Source: an uncultured Bacillota bacterium (GTDB lineage Bacteria > Sysuimicrobiota > Sysuimicrobiia > Sysuimicrobiales > Segetimicrobiaceae). From it: a stretch of 64,000 bases of DNA. Location: positions 1,120,001 to 1,184,000 of the forward strand of contig CAWDRG010000009.1 of assembly GCA_963804645.1 (NCBI GenBank), given 5' to 3'. The notes under the pieces are model-generated. The model was not told the origin of the DNA and ran no database searches. It worked only from the letters and a program-made list of their open reading frames with translations. Positions 11,649 to 20,224 of this stretch are shown here, piece by piece. Made by a program: the position numbers and the translations under genes. How positions within the stretch are numbered: the first letter of the stretch is position 1; each line of letters opens with the position of its first letter.

Positions 11649-12461
11649 ATGGCCATGATCGGATACGGAGAGCTCGTCCTGCTCCGGAAGGGCGACGGCA
11701 TGGGTGTGATCACCTTGAACCGTCCTGAGAAGCGCAACGCGCTGAGTAGTGCGCTGCAGCTGGAGCTCCGGGCGGCGCTGGAGGACGCGCGCGCCGACTG
11801 CCGCGCCCTCGTCGTGACGGGCGCCGGCGTCGCCTTCTGCGCCGGCGTCGACCTGGCCGAGCAGCGGGAGCGCCGGGCGCAGGGCGGCCAGCGCGTCTAC
11901 GCGCACGGCGGCAACATGTGGGTGGAGACGAACGAGATCATCCGGCGGCATCCGGCGATCATGATCGCCGCGGTGAACGGGTTCGCGCTCGGCGGCGGGC
12001 TGACGCTGATCCACAACTGCGAACTGGCGATCGCGTCCGAGCGGGCCGAGTTCGGCATGCCGGAGATGGGGTTCGGCACGTTTCCGGGGCTGGCCGGGCC
12101 GGCGACGATCCGGCGGATCCTGCCCAAGCACGCCGCCTACATGATTCTCACGGCGCGGCGGATCAGCGCCGAGACGGGCGCACGGTGGGGGATCGTGAAC
12201 ACGGTGGTGCCGCACGAGCGGCTGCTGGAGGAGGCGGAGGCGCTGGCGCGGCACGTCGCGCAGTTCGATCCGGTGGTCCTGGACTACAGCAAGAAGGCGC
12301 TGCGGGAGCTGGAGCTGATGCCGTGGAGCGAAGGCATCGGGTACGGCGGGTACGTGAACAGCGCGATCCGGGAGCACTCGCAGGCGTCGCGGGAGGGCGT
12401 CAACCGCTTCCTGAGCGGGCAGCGAAACCCCGGCCAAGGGGCCGACGCGGAGAAGGCATGA
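11649..12461 (+). CDS. Enoyl-CoA hydratase/isomerase (crotonase) family protein B
   Basis: Same motifs; C-terminal two-thirds almost identical to protein A. Confidence 0.92.
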   Translation: MAMIGYGELVLLRKGDGMGVITLNRPEKRNALSSALQLELRAALEDARADCRALVVTGAGVAFCAGVDLAEQRERRAQGGQRVYAHGGNMWVETNEIIRRHPAIMIAAVNGFALGGGLTLIHNCELAIASERAEFGMPEMGFGTFPGLAGPATIRRILPKHAAYMILTARRISAETGARWGIVNTVVPHERLLEEAEALARHVAQFDPVVLDYSKKALRELELMPWSEGIGYGGYVNSAIREHSQASREGVNRFLSGQRNPGQGADAEKA

Positions 12462-12489
12462 CCGCGGGATCCCGGGTCGCGGAGCGGAC

Positions 12490-13866
12490 GTGACGGTGGT
12501 GCGAGGGTACACGGAGGATCTCGCCCAGTTCATCGCCACCGTGACATTCGATGATATTCCCCTGCCGGTGGTCGAGCACGCCAAGCTCCTCGTGCTGGAC
12601 AGCCTGGGATGCGGGCTCCTCGGAGCCGGACTGCCGTGGTCCGTGCGGCTGCGCGCCGCGCTGCAGGCGGTCGAAGCACCCGGTGACGCGAGCGTGTGGG
12701 GGACCGGGGTGAAGCTGTCGGCGCCGAGTGCGGCGCTGGCGAACGGGACGGCGGTGCACGGATTCGAGCTCGATGATTTCGGGACCGGGCACAACGGGGC
12801 GGTGGTGCTGCCCGCGGGGCTCGCCCTGGCGGAGCACCGGGGCGGGGTGTCGGGAAAGGACCTGCTGACGGCGGTCGTGGCCGGCGCCGAAACCGCGAAC
12901 CGCGTGCAGAACTGCCTCGGGCGCGAGCCGCAGGTGGCGATGGGATTTCACGCGCCGAGCATTATCGGGACGTTCGCGGCGGCGGCGACGGCGAGCCGGG
13001 TGCTAGGCCTGAGCGGGGCGCAGGTGACGGACGCGCTGGGGCACGCGGGGCAGCAGACGGCGGGGCTGATGGCGGTGCAGCACGGGGGGATGGGGAAGCG
13101 GCTCTTGGCGGGGAAGGCGGCGCAGAGCGGGACGCTGGCGGCGGTGCTGTCGGCGGCGGGGTTCACGAACGTCCCGAACATCTTCGAGTGCGAGTACGGG
13201 GGCTTTTGCTCTGCGTTCAGCGGCGCGCGTAAGACGTATCGGCTCGAGGCGCTCGCGGAGGGTCTCGGGACGGACTGGTACACGCCCCGCGCGCACTTCA
13301 AGATGTGGGCGTGTCGCGTGCCGATTCATCCGGCGCTGGAGGCGCTGAGCGCCCTTCGGCGGGACCACCCATTTGCGGTCGACGACGTCGAGCGGATTCG
13401 CGTGTGGCTAAACGAGGGAGCCTACAAAGCCGTGGGGTTTCCCTGGGTCCCGACGACCGTCACCTCCGCGCAGATGAACCTCCGGTACTGCGTGTCGATG
13501 CTGCTGCTCGAACACGATGTGTTCGTCGACCAGTTCACCGACGCGAAGCTGGCCGACCCGCGCCTGCTCGACCTGACGGCGCGGATCGAGACGATTCACG
13601 ACCCCGCGCTGGATGCGGCGGGCCACAAGCCTCAGCGCGAGACCCGGATCGAGGTGCACCTCCGCGACGGCGCGGTGCGCCGCGGAGTCGGGGTGACCCG
13701 AGGAGGCGCCGGGTACCCCATCCGGCCCGAAGACGTGACGGAGAAGTTTCGCAAAGTCGCGGGCCGCTGCGTCTCGGATCAGGTGCGGGACCGGCTCGTC
13801 GATCTGGCGGCCCGACTGGAGACGCTGTCGGACGTCGCCCCGCTGCTCCAGTGCCTGCGCGCGTGA
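12490..13866 (+). CDS. MmgE/PrpD family protein B
   Basis: Intact 458-aa ORF; ANGTAVHGFELDD..GH, FKMWAC..H, SAQMN; paralogue of 7951-9322. Confidence 0.92.
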   Translation: MTVVRGYTEDLAQFIATVTFDDIPLPVVEHAKLLVLDSLGCGLLGAGLPWSVRLRAALQAVEAPGDASVWGTGVKLSAPSAALANGTAVHGFELDDFGTGHNGAVVLPAGLALAEHRGGVSGKDLLTAVVAGAETANRVQNCLGREPQVAMGFHAPSIIGTFAAAATASRVLGLSGAQVTDALGHAGQQTAGLMAVQHGGMGKRLLAGKAAQSGTLAAVLSAAGFTNVPNIFECEYGGFCSAFSGARKTYRLEALAEGLGTDWYTPRAHFKMWACRVPIHPALEALSALRRDHPFAVDDVERIRVWLNEGAYKAVGFPWVPTTVTSAQMNLRYCVSMLLLEHDVFVDQFTDAKLADPRLLDLTARIETIHDPALDAAGHKPQRETRIEVHLRDGAVRRGVGVTRGGAGYPIRPEDVTEKFRKVAGRCVSDQVRDRLVDLAARLETLSDVAPLLQCLRA

Positions 13867-14060
13867 ACGCCGGATCGGGCGGCGGAGGCGGCGCGTGCGC
13901 GCGGCAGGAGTGGGGATGGTGGAGCGGAAGGTCGAGATTGTCGTGCACACCGCGTCGCATCGTCCGCGCGGGATGAGCGGGGAATCGAATCGGGCGCGGC
14001 CTCGGTCTTATGATCGGCGGACGCCGCCGGCCGCGACCCGGCATCTGGGAGGGTGAGAGC

Positions 14061-14747
14061 ATGCGAGGACGCTGGTACGGACAGTCGTCGTTTCGATTGG
14101 AGAGCGGTACGCAGTCAGTCTGTATTGACCCGTTTGCGCCACCGACCGAAGCCAATCGAAAGGGACGGCAGTTTGATTATCCCGCGATTCGGGATGTCGC
14201 AGCCCAGGTGCTGCTGATCACGCACGAGCACTGGGACCACAACGGCGTCGAGGCAGTCAGCGGGTCTCCGACAACGTTTCGCTCCAGAGCCGGTACGTTC
14301 GAGTCGCCGATCGGCCAGGTGCTGGCGATCGCCTCAGAACACGATGACGTGGCCGGGACGAAGCGCGGGTCGAACATCATCTTCGTCTTCTCGCTCGGAG
14401 GCGTCCGCGTTGCCTACTTCGGGGATTTCGGGCAGCGCGATCTGCGTCCGGAGCAGGCCACCGTCATCGGCCATCCCGATCTGGTGTTTATGCCGGTCGG
14501 CGGTGGCGCCACTTCCGGCGCGGACCAGGCGTTTGCCATCGTGACGCGCCTCGGCGCCCGGTGGATCGTGCCGATGCACTACCGCACCTCGGCCATCAAT
14601 TTTCTCGAGCCGGTCGACGCGTTTTTGGCCAAGTATAAGCCCGGTCAGATCGTGCGGTTCGACCGCCCCGAGTTCGATACCGACGATCCGAGGATGTCGG
14701 CCGCCGCGCCGGTGGTGGTGCTGCCCGCCGTCCCCGCGGGCGCGTAG
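14061..14747 (+). CDS. MBL-fold metallo-hydrolase (Lactamase_B_3-like)
   Basis: WYGQSSF, IDPF, THEHWDH, GD, PVGG, VPMHY. Confidence 0.88.
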   Translation: MRGRWYGQSSFRLESGTQSVCIDPFAPPTEANRKGRQFDYPAIRDVAAQVLLITHEHWDHNGVEAVSGSPTTFRSRAGTFESPIGQVLAIASEHDDVAGTKRGSNIIFVFSLGGVRVAYFGDFGQRDLRPEQATVIGHPDLVFMPVGGGATSGADQAFAIVTRLGARWIVPMHYRTSAINFLEPVDAFLAKYKPGQIVRFDRPEFDTDDPRMSAAAPVVVLPAVPAGA

Positions 14748-14780
14748 CGCGGCTCCGGCGGCGCGGCGGGACCGCGGCGC

Positions 14781-15353
14781 ATGCTGATTCGGGCAGATCT
14801 GCACACACATGCTTTTGGCGACGGGCGGTTCGGCCCGTCGACCGCGGATCTGGTCGCGGCGCTGGTGGACGCCGCCGTCGACGTTGGGCTCGACTGCCTG
14901 GCGGTGACCGATCACGACGACCTGCGCCCCGGACTCCTGGCCGAGGAGTACGTGGCGGCGCGCGGCCTTCCGATTCTGGTGGTGCCGGGCATGGAGGTCA
15001 CCACCGAGGGCGGACACCTCGTGGCCCTCGGGGTGCGGACGCCGATTCCGGGATGGCAGCCGCTGGCGGAGACGATCGCACAGATCCGTGCGGCCGGGGC
15101 GATCAGCCTGCTGCCCCATCCGTTCTTCGATCACCTGCGCTGGCGTACGGACGTCGACGCGATCGAGCGATTCAACAGCCGGTACGGCGATTTTGAGGTG
15201 GCGGGCGCGCCGGTCGCCGTCGTCGCGAGCAGCGACGCGCACGGGGCGGCGGACCTCCGGGGCAGTGCTCACCACACGCTGATCGACGGTGTCGCGCTCC
15301 GGTGGTCGGCGGTCGCCGATGCGGTGCGCGCCGGTCGCACCACCGCCGTCTGA
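14781..15353 (+). CDS. PHP domain metal-dependent phosphoesterase
   Basis: DLHTH, VTDHD, GMEV, GHL, PHP, SSDAH. Confidence 0.88.
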   Translation: MLIRADLHTHAFGDGRFGPSTADLVAALVDAAVDVGLDCLAVTDHDDLRPGLLAEEYVAARGLPILVVPGMEVTTEGGHLVALGVRTPIPGWQPLAETIAQIRAAGAISLLPHPFFDHLRWRTDVDAIERFNSRYGDFEVAGAPVAVVASSDAHGAADLRGSAHHTLIDGVALRWSAVADAVRAGRTTAV

Positions 15354-15412
15354 CCCTACGACCCCGGCGCCGGGCCGCAGGGCGTACCCATCACCGAGCG
15401 CCTGGGGGCCGA

Positions 15413-16465
15413 ATGTTCATCGAGGCCAATCTTCGGAACGTGACCCTTGACGGGCTGCCGCGGCTGTCCGCGTTTGCGGAGGACGTGGGGTTCGACGGCC
15501 TCGGGCACTCCGAGGTGACGCGCGATCCGTTTCTTGCGCTGACGATCGCCGCGTCCAACACGCGCCGGGTGCGCCTGACGACGGCGGTCGCGATTGCCTT
15601 TCCGCGCAGTCCGATGATCGTCGCCTATCTCGCGCGCAACCTGCAGGAGCTGTCGCGGGACCGTTTCGTCCTGGGTCTCGGCACGCAAGTGCGCGCGCAC
15701 ATTCAGCACCGATTCAGCAGCGAGTGGGGGGCTCCCGGCCCGAGACTGCGGGACTACGTCGAGTCGCTGCGCGCGATCTGGGACACCTGGCAGCGCGGAG
15801 TGCCGCTGGCGTATCAGGGAAAATTCTACTCCTTCACGCTGATGACGCCGGAATTTTCGCTCGGCCCGACGGAATATCCGCCGATCCGGGTGCAGATCGG
15901 CGCGATGAACCCCTACAACGTGCAGCTCGCCGGAGAGATCTGCGACGGGGTGCGCCTGCACTCGTTCGTGACGCCGGAGTACATCCGGGACGTGATCTGG
16001 CCGAATCTGCGCGCGGGCGCGGCCCGGCGCGGGCGCTCGCTGGACGGCTTTGAGGTCATGGCGGGCGGGTTCATCGCGACGGGCGCGACCCAGGCCGAGG
16101 TCGACGCGGCGCGCGAGAAAGTGCGGTACCGCATCGGGCACTACGCCTCGACGCGGTCCTATCTCCCGGTCCTGGAACATCACGGGTGGACCGACACGTT
16201 TGGGCAGCTGCGCGAACTGATCGCCGCGGGGCGCTGGAAGGCGCTGGCGTCCGTGATCACGGACGAGATGCTTGACCGGTTTTGCGCGGCGGCCACCTAC
16301 GAGCGGCTGCCGGGCGTGATCCGCGACCGGCTGGGCGGGCTGGTCGATGGCGTCGTGCTGCCGATGTCAGAGGAGCTGTACGCGCATCGCGACCGAATGG
16401 CGTCGACCGTGGCCGAGCTGCGGGCGCTTGCCGCCGCCAGCCGGGCACCGTCCGTGCGCGGGTGA
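15413..16465 (+). CDS. LLM-class oxidoreductase, probably F420-dependent (TIGR03617-like)
   Basis: RDPFLAL, AIAFPRSPM, LGLGTQVRAHI.RFS, FTLMTPEF, YASTRSY. Confidence 0.85.
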   Translation: MFIEANLRNVTLDGLPRLSAFAEDVGFDGLGHSEVTRDPFLALTIAASNTRRVRLTTAVAIAFPRSPMIVAYLARNLQELSRDRFVLGLGTQVRAHIQHRFSSEWGAPGPRLRDYVESLRAIWDTWQRGVPLAYQGKFYSFTLMTPEFSLGPTEYPPIRVQIGAMNPYNVQLAGEICDGVRLHSFVTPEYIRDVIWPNLRAGAARRGRSLDGFEVMAGGFIATGATQAEVDAAREKVRYRIGHYASTRSYLPVLEHHGWTDTFGQLRELIAAGRWKALASVITDEMLDRFCAAATYERLPGVIRDRLGGLVDGVVLPMSEELYAHRDRMASTVAELRALAAASRAPSVRG

Positions 16466-16540
16466 TCGTCCGGCCCCCTCGCGCCGGGCACGCGCACGGG
16501 CGCACTCGACCGGATGACAAGGAGTCCCTCGGAGGCGAAC

Positions 16541-17287
16541 ATGGCGGAATTGACGGAACAGCGGGCGGTCGTGACCGGCGCGGCGCGCGGGATCGGGTTC
16601 GCGATCGCGAAGCGGCTGCTGACCGACGGCGCGGTGGTCAGCGTGTGGGATGTCGACCGCCTCAAGGCCGACGAGGCGGCGGAGCGTCTGCGGCCGCTGG
16701 GCGATGTGCACGCGGTCGCGGTCGACGTCACCGACGCGGCCGCCGTCGCGGCGGCGGCCGAGGCCACGGTCGCGCGACTCGGGGCGATCGAGATCCTCGT
16801 CAACAACGCCGGCATCGCCGGCCCGAACATGCCCACGTGGGAGTATCCTCCGGACGCGTGGCGGCAGGTCCTTGATGTTGACTTGACGGGGGTGTTCCAC
16901 TGCTGCCGCGCGATTATTCCCGCGATGCTCGCGCGGCGCTATGGCCGCATCGTCAACATCGCCTCGATCGCGGGCAAGGAGGGCAACCCCAACGCCCCCG
17001 CCTACAGCGCGGCGAAGGCCGGCGTCATTGCACTGACCAAATCCCTCGGAAAAGAGCTCGTGGGTACGGGCGCGCTGGCCAACTGCGTGACCCCGGCCGC
17101 CGTGGAAACCGACATTTTTTCGCAGATGACGAAAGAGCACATCGAGTACATGCGGTCCAAGATCCCGCTCGGACGCTTCTGCACGGTCGACGAGGTCGCA
17201 TCCCTCGTCGCCTGGCTCGCGTCCAGGGAGTGTTCGTTTTCCACCGGGGCGGTGTTCGATATCTCTGGGGGGCGTGCGACCTACTGA
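16541..17287 (+). CDS. SDR family NAD(P)-dependent oxidoreductase
   Basis: TGAARGIG, NNAG, YSAAK, FDISGGRATY C-terminus; GGAGG RBS. Confidence 0.93.
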   Translation: MAELTEQRAVVTGAARGIGFAIAKRLLTDGAVVSVWDVDRLKADEAAERLRPLGDVHAVAVDVTDAAAVAAAAEATVARLGAIEILVNNAGIAGPNMPTWEYPPDAWRQVLDVDLTGVFHCCRAIIPAMLARRYGRIVNIASIAGKEGNPNAPAYSAAKAGVIALTKSLGKELVGTGALANCVTPAAVETDIFSQMTKEHIEYMRSKIPLGRFCTVDEVASLVAWLASRECSFSTGAVFDISGGRATY

Positions 17288-17434
17288 GCGGACCCGCCTC
17301 GCCTGCGCGGCGCTGGGCGCCGGGCGTACGAGCGTGCCACAGATCGCGTCAGCGTGGCGTTTGCCTGCGCGTCAGTCCGGGAACACTTCAGGTGACGGCT
17401 GAAGGACCACGGTGCCGACCGGAGGTGATTTCGC

Positions 17435-17767
17435 GTGCCCTTCGACTGTCCGTTCTGTGAACGGGATCGTCCTCCCGGGGTGTCTCCCCGCGCGTACGTA
17501 TCGTGCCCGCACCCATGCTTTCGTTCGCTGATGTCGTCCCAACCCGGCGGAGACTACGCGTACCATGCGCTGGGTATCGACATCAATGTGGGGTTTCCAG
17601 TCGCCGGGGACGTGATGGACATCGATCGTGCGATCCTGGCGATCCTCGAGCGGCACTACGTCCGTATGGACGGCGTCTGGTTCGCCGAGACCAACGAGAT
17701 GGTCGCCGCAGCGCACCGTGAGATCCGAAACTATCTCGCGTCGCTCGAGGTGTGCGTGATCGTGTAA
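17435..17767 (+). CDS. Hypothetical 110-aa protein with CPFC and CPHPC motifs
   Basis: GGAGGTG RBS, host-like codon usage, protein-like composition. Confidence 0.6.
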   Translation: MPFDCPFCERDRPPGVSPRAYVSCPHPCFRSLMSSQPGGDYAYHALGIDINVGFPVAGDVMDIDRAILAILERHYVRMDGVWFAETNEMVAAAHREIRNYLASLEVCVIV

Positions 17768-17778
17768 GACGATCGCGG

Positions 17779-17994
17779 GACGGTGCCCGCGCAGTCCGAC
17801 CGTCGTCTGAACCCTTGCCGATGGGTCCGGCAGATTCCGCAGCCCGCCGCTGAAGCGTTGACTGGCAGAGTCGCGAGGACCGTCCCGACCCCCGAGACTG
17901 CGGTCCGCCATGGCGCCATAGCCGCGCGGTCGCCGCAGACGGCCGTCGATCCTTGCCGAATGGGCCGGCACTCTTGTGCGGCCCGTTGAGGCGT
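17779..17994. repeat. Two degenerate copies of a ~70-80-nt element, each with a TGCCG-N7-CGGCA inverted repeat
   Basis: Copies at 17779-17858 and 17927-17994 share CGCAG, CCGTCG, CCTTGCCG-A-TGGG-CCGGCA, GCCCG and TGARGCGT in the same order. Confidence 0.65.
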
Positions 17995-18164
17995 CCGGAG
18001 ACCGCTGCGGGGAGTCGGCGCGAACACGGCTGGAGGGTGTCACGGACGAGTAACTCGGAGGCCCCGGGGCGGGAAAGGCTCTCTGGGAGGAGTTCGGGAC
18101 CGCAGAACGGAAATTCCGGCCGGATCATACGCCGGGGGACCGCCGCGTCAGTCACCGCGGGCTC

Positions 18165-19337
18165 GTGTCGACGGAGTACGTTCCTATGCGCGCGGAGACA
18201 CAGCCGAACAGCGGAACCTGGCGGCAGGGCGGTGCCACGGATGCACCGGCCGACCTCGAACTGCGCGACGTTACCAAGTCGTTCGGCGCCGCGCCGGTCG
18301 TGAACCGGCTGTCGCTTGCGGTCGGGCGCGGCGAGTTCGTCACGATCCTCGGACCGAGCGGCTGCGGCAAGACCACGACGCTCCGGATCGTGGCGGGGTT
18401 CGTCTCGCCGGACGTCGGAGACGTGTTCATCCGCGGGACCGACGTGACGGCGCTGCCCCCGGATCGGCGCGGCATCGGACTGGTGTTCCAGCACTACTGT
18501 TTGTTCCCCCACATGACCGTCGCGGCGAACGTCGGGTACGGCCTTCGGCTGCGCGGCCTCCGCGGGGACGCGCTGACGCAGCGCGTGCGCGAGGCGCTCG
18601 ACCTGGTGCGGCTTGACGGGCTCGACGCGCGGTATCCCCACCAGCTCAGCGGCGGCCAGCAGCAGCGGGTGGCGCTCGCGCGCGCGATCGTAATCCGGCC
18701 AGCGGTCCTGCTGCTGGACGAGCCGCTCAGCAACCTGGATACCAAGCTGCGCCTGACCATGCGGGACGAGCTCCGGCAGCTGCAGCGGGATGTCGGCGTC
18801 ACAACCGTGCTCGTAACGCACGATCAGGAGGAGGCGCTCGCGCTGTCGGACCGCGTGGTCGTCATGAATCACGGCCGCGCGGAACAGGTCGGCCCGCCCG
18901 ACGCCGTCTATCGGCGGCCGCGTAGTCCATTCGTCGCCGAGTTCCTCGGGGCCAAGAACATGTGGGACGGCGTGGTCACGATGCGCGACGGTCCGGTCGC
19001 CCTCATCCGCACCGCCGATTTTGAGATCGCCGCCGCGGTCCCCGAGGTGCGCGAGCCGACGCCGGTCGTGGTCATCGTGCGGCCCGAGGCGATCTCGATC
19101 GTCCCGGACGACCGCGCGGCGGCGCGTACGGGCCGCAATCGTGTGGCCGGTGAGGTCCGCAGCGTGCAGTATCTGGGCGCGTGGATCGAATACATCGTTC
19201 AGGTAGGCTCGACGCACATCCGGTTGATCGCGCAGAATCGCGAAGGCAGCTCCGGCGCCCCGGACCCGTCGCTGGACGGGGGACGGGTCATCCTTGAGTG
19301 GAGCGCGGCGGCGTGTCACGTGATCCCGCCGGCGTGA
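18165..19337 (+). CDS. ABC ATP-binding protein, PotA type
   Basis: GPSGCGKTT, LSGGQQQRVALARA, LLDEPLSNLD, TOBE; start uncertain (alternative ATG 18186). Confidence 0.92.
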   Translation: MSTEYVPMRAETQPNSGTWRQGGATDAPADLELRDVTKSFGAAPVVNRLSLAVGRGEFVTILGPSGCGKTTTLRIVAGFVSPDVGDVFIRGTDVTALPPDRRGIGLVFQHYCLFPHMTVAANVGYGLRLRGLRGDALTQRVREALDLVRLDGLDARYPHQLSGGQQQRVALARAIVIRPAVLLLDEPLSNLDTKLRLTMRDELRQLQRDVGVTTVLVTHDQEEALALSDRVVVMNHGRAEQVGPPDAVYRRPRSPFVAEFLGAKNMWDGVVTMRDGPVALIRTADFEIAAAVPEVREPTPVVVIVRPEAISIVPDDRAAARTGRNRVAGEVRSVQYLGAWIEYIVQVGSTHIRLIAQNREGSSGAPDPSLDGGRVILEWSAAACHVIPPA

Positions 19338-20224
19338 GCCGTCCGCCGGGCGGCGGTCCGGCGCGCCGACGCGGCGGCGGGCGGGTGGGGGGGCTCTTGC
19401 TGCTTGCCCCGAGCGTGACGGCCGTCCTGGTGTGTTTCGTCGTGCCGCTCGCGCTCATGGTGTCCGCCGGCTTCGACCGGTTTGCACCGCCGAGCACCGT
19501 GATCCCCGCGTTCACGCTGGACAACTTCGGGCGATTTTTTGGCGATTCGTTTTACCGCGCGATCTTCGTGCAGACCGTGGGGATGGGACTCGCGGTCGCC
19601 GCGATCTGCGCGCTCCTATCCTATCCGCTGGCGTACGTGCTGGCTCGCGGGACGGCGCGGTGGCGGGGCGCGCTGGTACTCGTGATCTTGTCCCCGTTGA
19701 TGATCAGCGTCGTCGTTCGTAGCTACGGGTGGACCATCTTGCTGATGCAGGGCGGTCCGCTCGACGCGGTGTTCACCGCGGTGGGGCTGCCGGCCCCGCA
19801 CCTGCTGTTCAGCATGACCGGGACGATCATCGCGCTCGCCGAGGTGCTGCTGCCGTTTATGATCTTCACGCTTTCGTCGGTCCTCCAGCACGTTGACGCG
19901 GGGCTCGAGGAATCCGCGCAGAGCCTTGGGGCCAGCCGCTGGCGGGTGTTTCGCGACATCGTGCTGCCGTTGAGTTTGCCTGGGCTCGCCGCGGGGGGGC
20001 TGCTCGTGTTTGTGCTCGCGATCAGCGCGTTCGCGACGCCGGTGCTCGTGGGAGGGGCTACGACCCAGGTGATGGCCAGCGTGATCTTCGGCGAGGCGAC
20101 CAACGCGCTGAACTGGCCGTTCGCGTCCGCGATGAGCACGTTCCTCATCGTCTTCATTCTGGCGCTGGTCGCGGCGCAGGGCTGGTTGATGCGGCGGGCG
20201 CGCGCGTGGGCCCCGGGGCGATGA
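19334..20224 (+). CDS. ABC permease, PotB type
   Basis: SYPLAY, VVRSYGW, EESAQSLGA, AFATP.LVGG, NWPFASA; GTGA overlap. Confidence 0.92.
   Translation: MSRPPGGGPARRRGGGRVGGLLLLAPSVTAVLVCFVVPLALMVSAGFDRFAPPSTVIPAFTLDNFGRFFGDSFYRAIFVQTVGMGLAVAAICALLSYPLAYVLARGTARWRGALVLVILSPLMISVVVRSYGWTILLMQGGPLDAVFTAVGLPAPHLLFSMTGTIIALAEVLLPFMIFTLSSVLQHVDAGLEESAQSLGASRWRVFRDIVLPLSLPGLAAGGLLVFVLAISAFATPVLVGGATTQVMASVIFGEATNALNWPFASAMSTFLIVFILALVAAQGWLMRRARAWAPGR

Noticed and set aside
12458..12493. 11-codon ORF MTAGSRVAERT linking crotonase-B and MmgE-B by ATGA/GTGA overlaps
   Set aside because: Equally explained by a 1-nt indel in the MmgE-B N-terminus, given the local error rate
18030..18125. Fragments resembling known riboswitches (TAACTCGGAGGC, CTCTCTGG, CGGAAATTCCG)
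   Set aside because: Only isolated words match; the full c-di-AMP, glycine or xanthine architectures cannot be built
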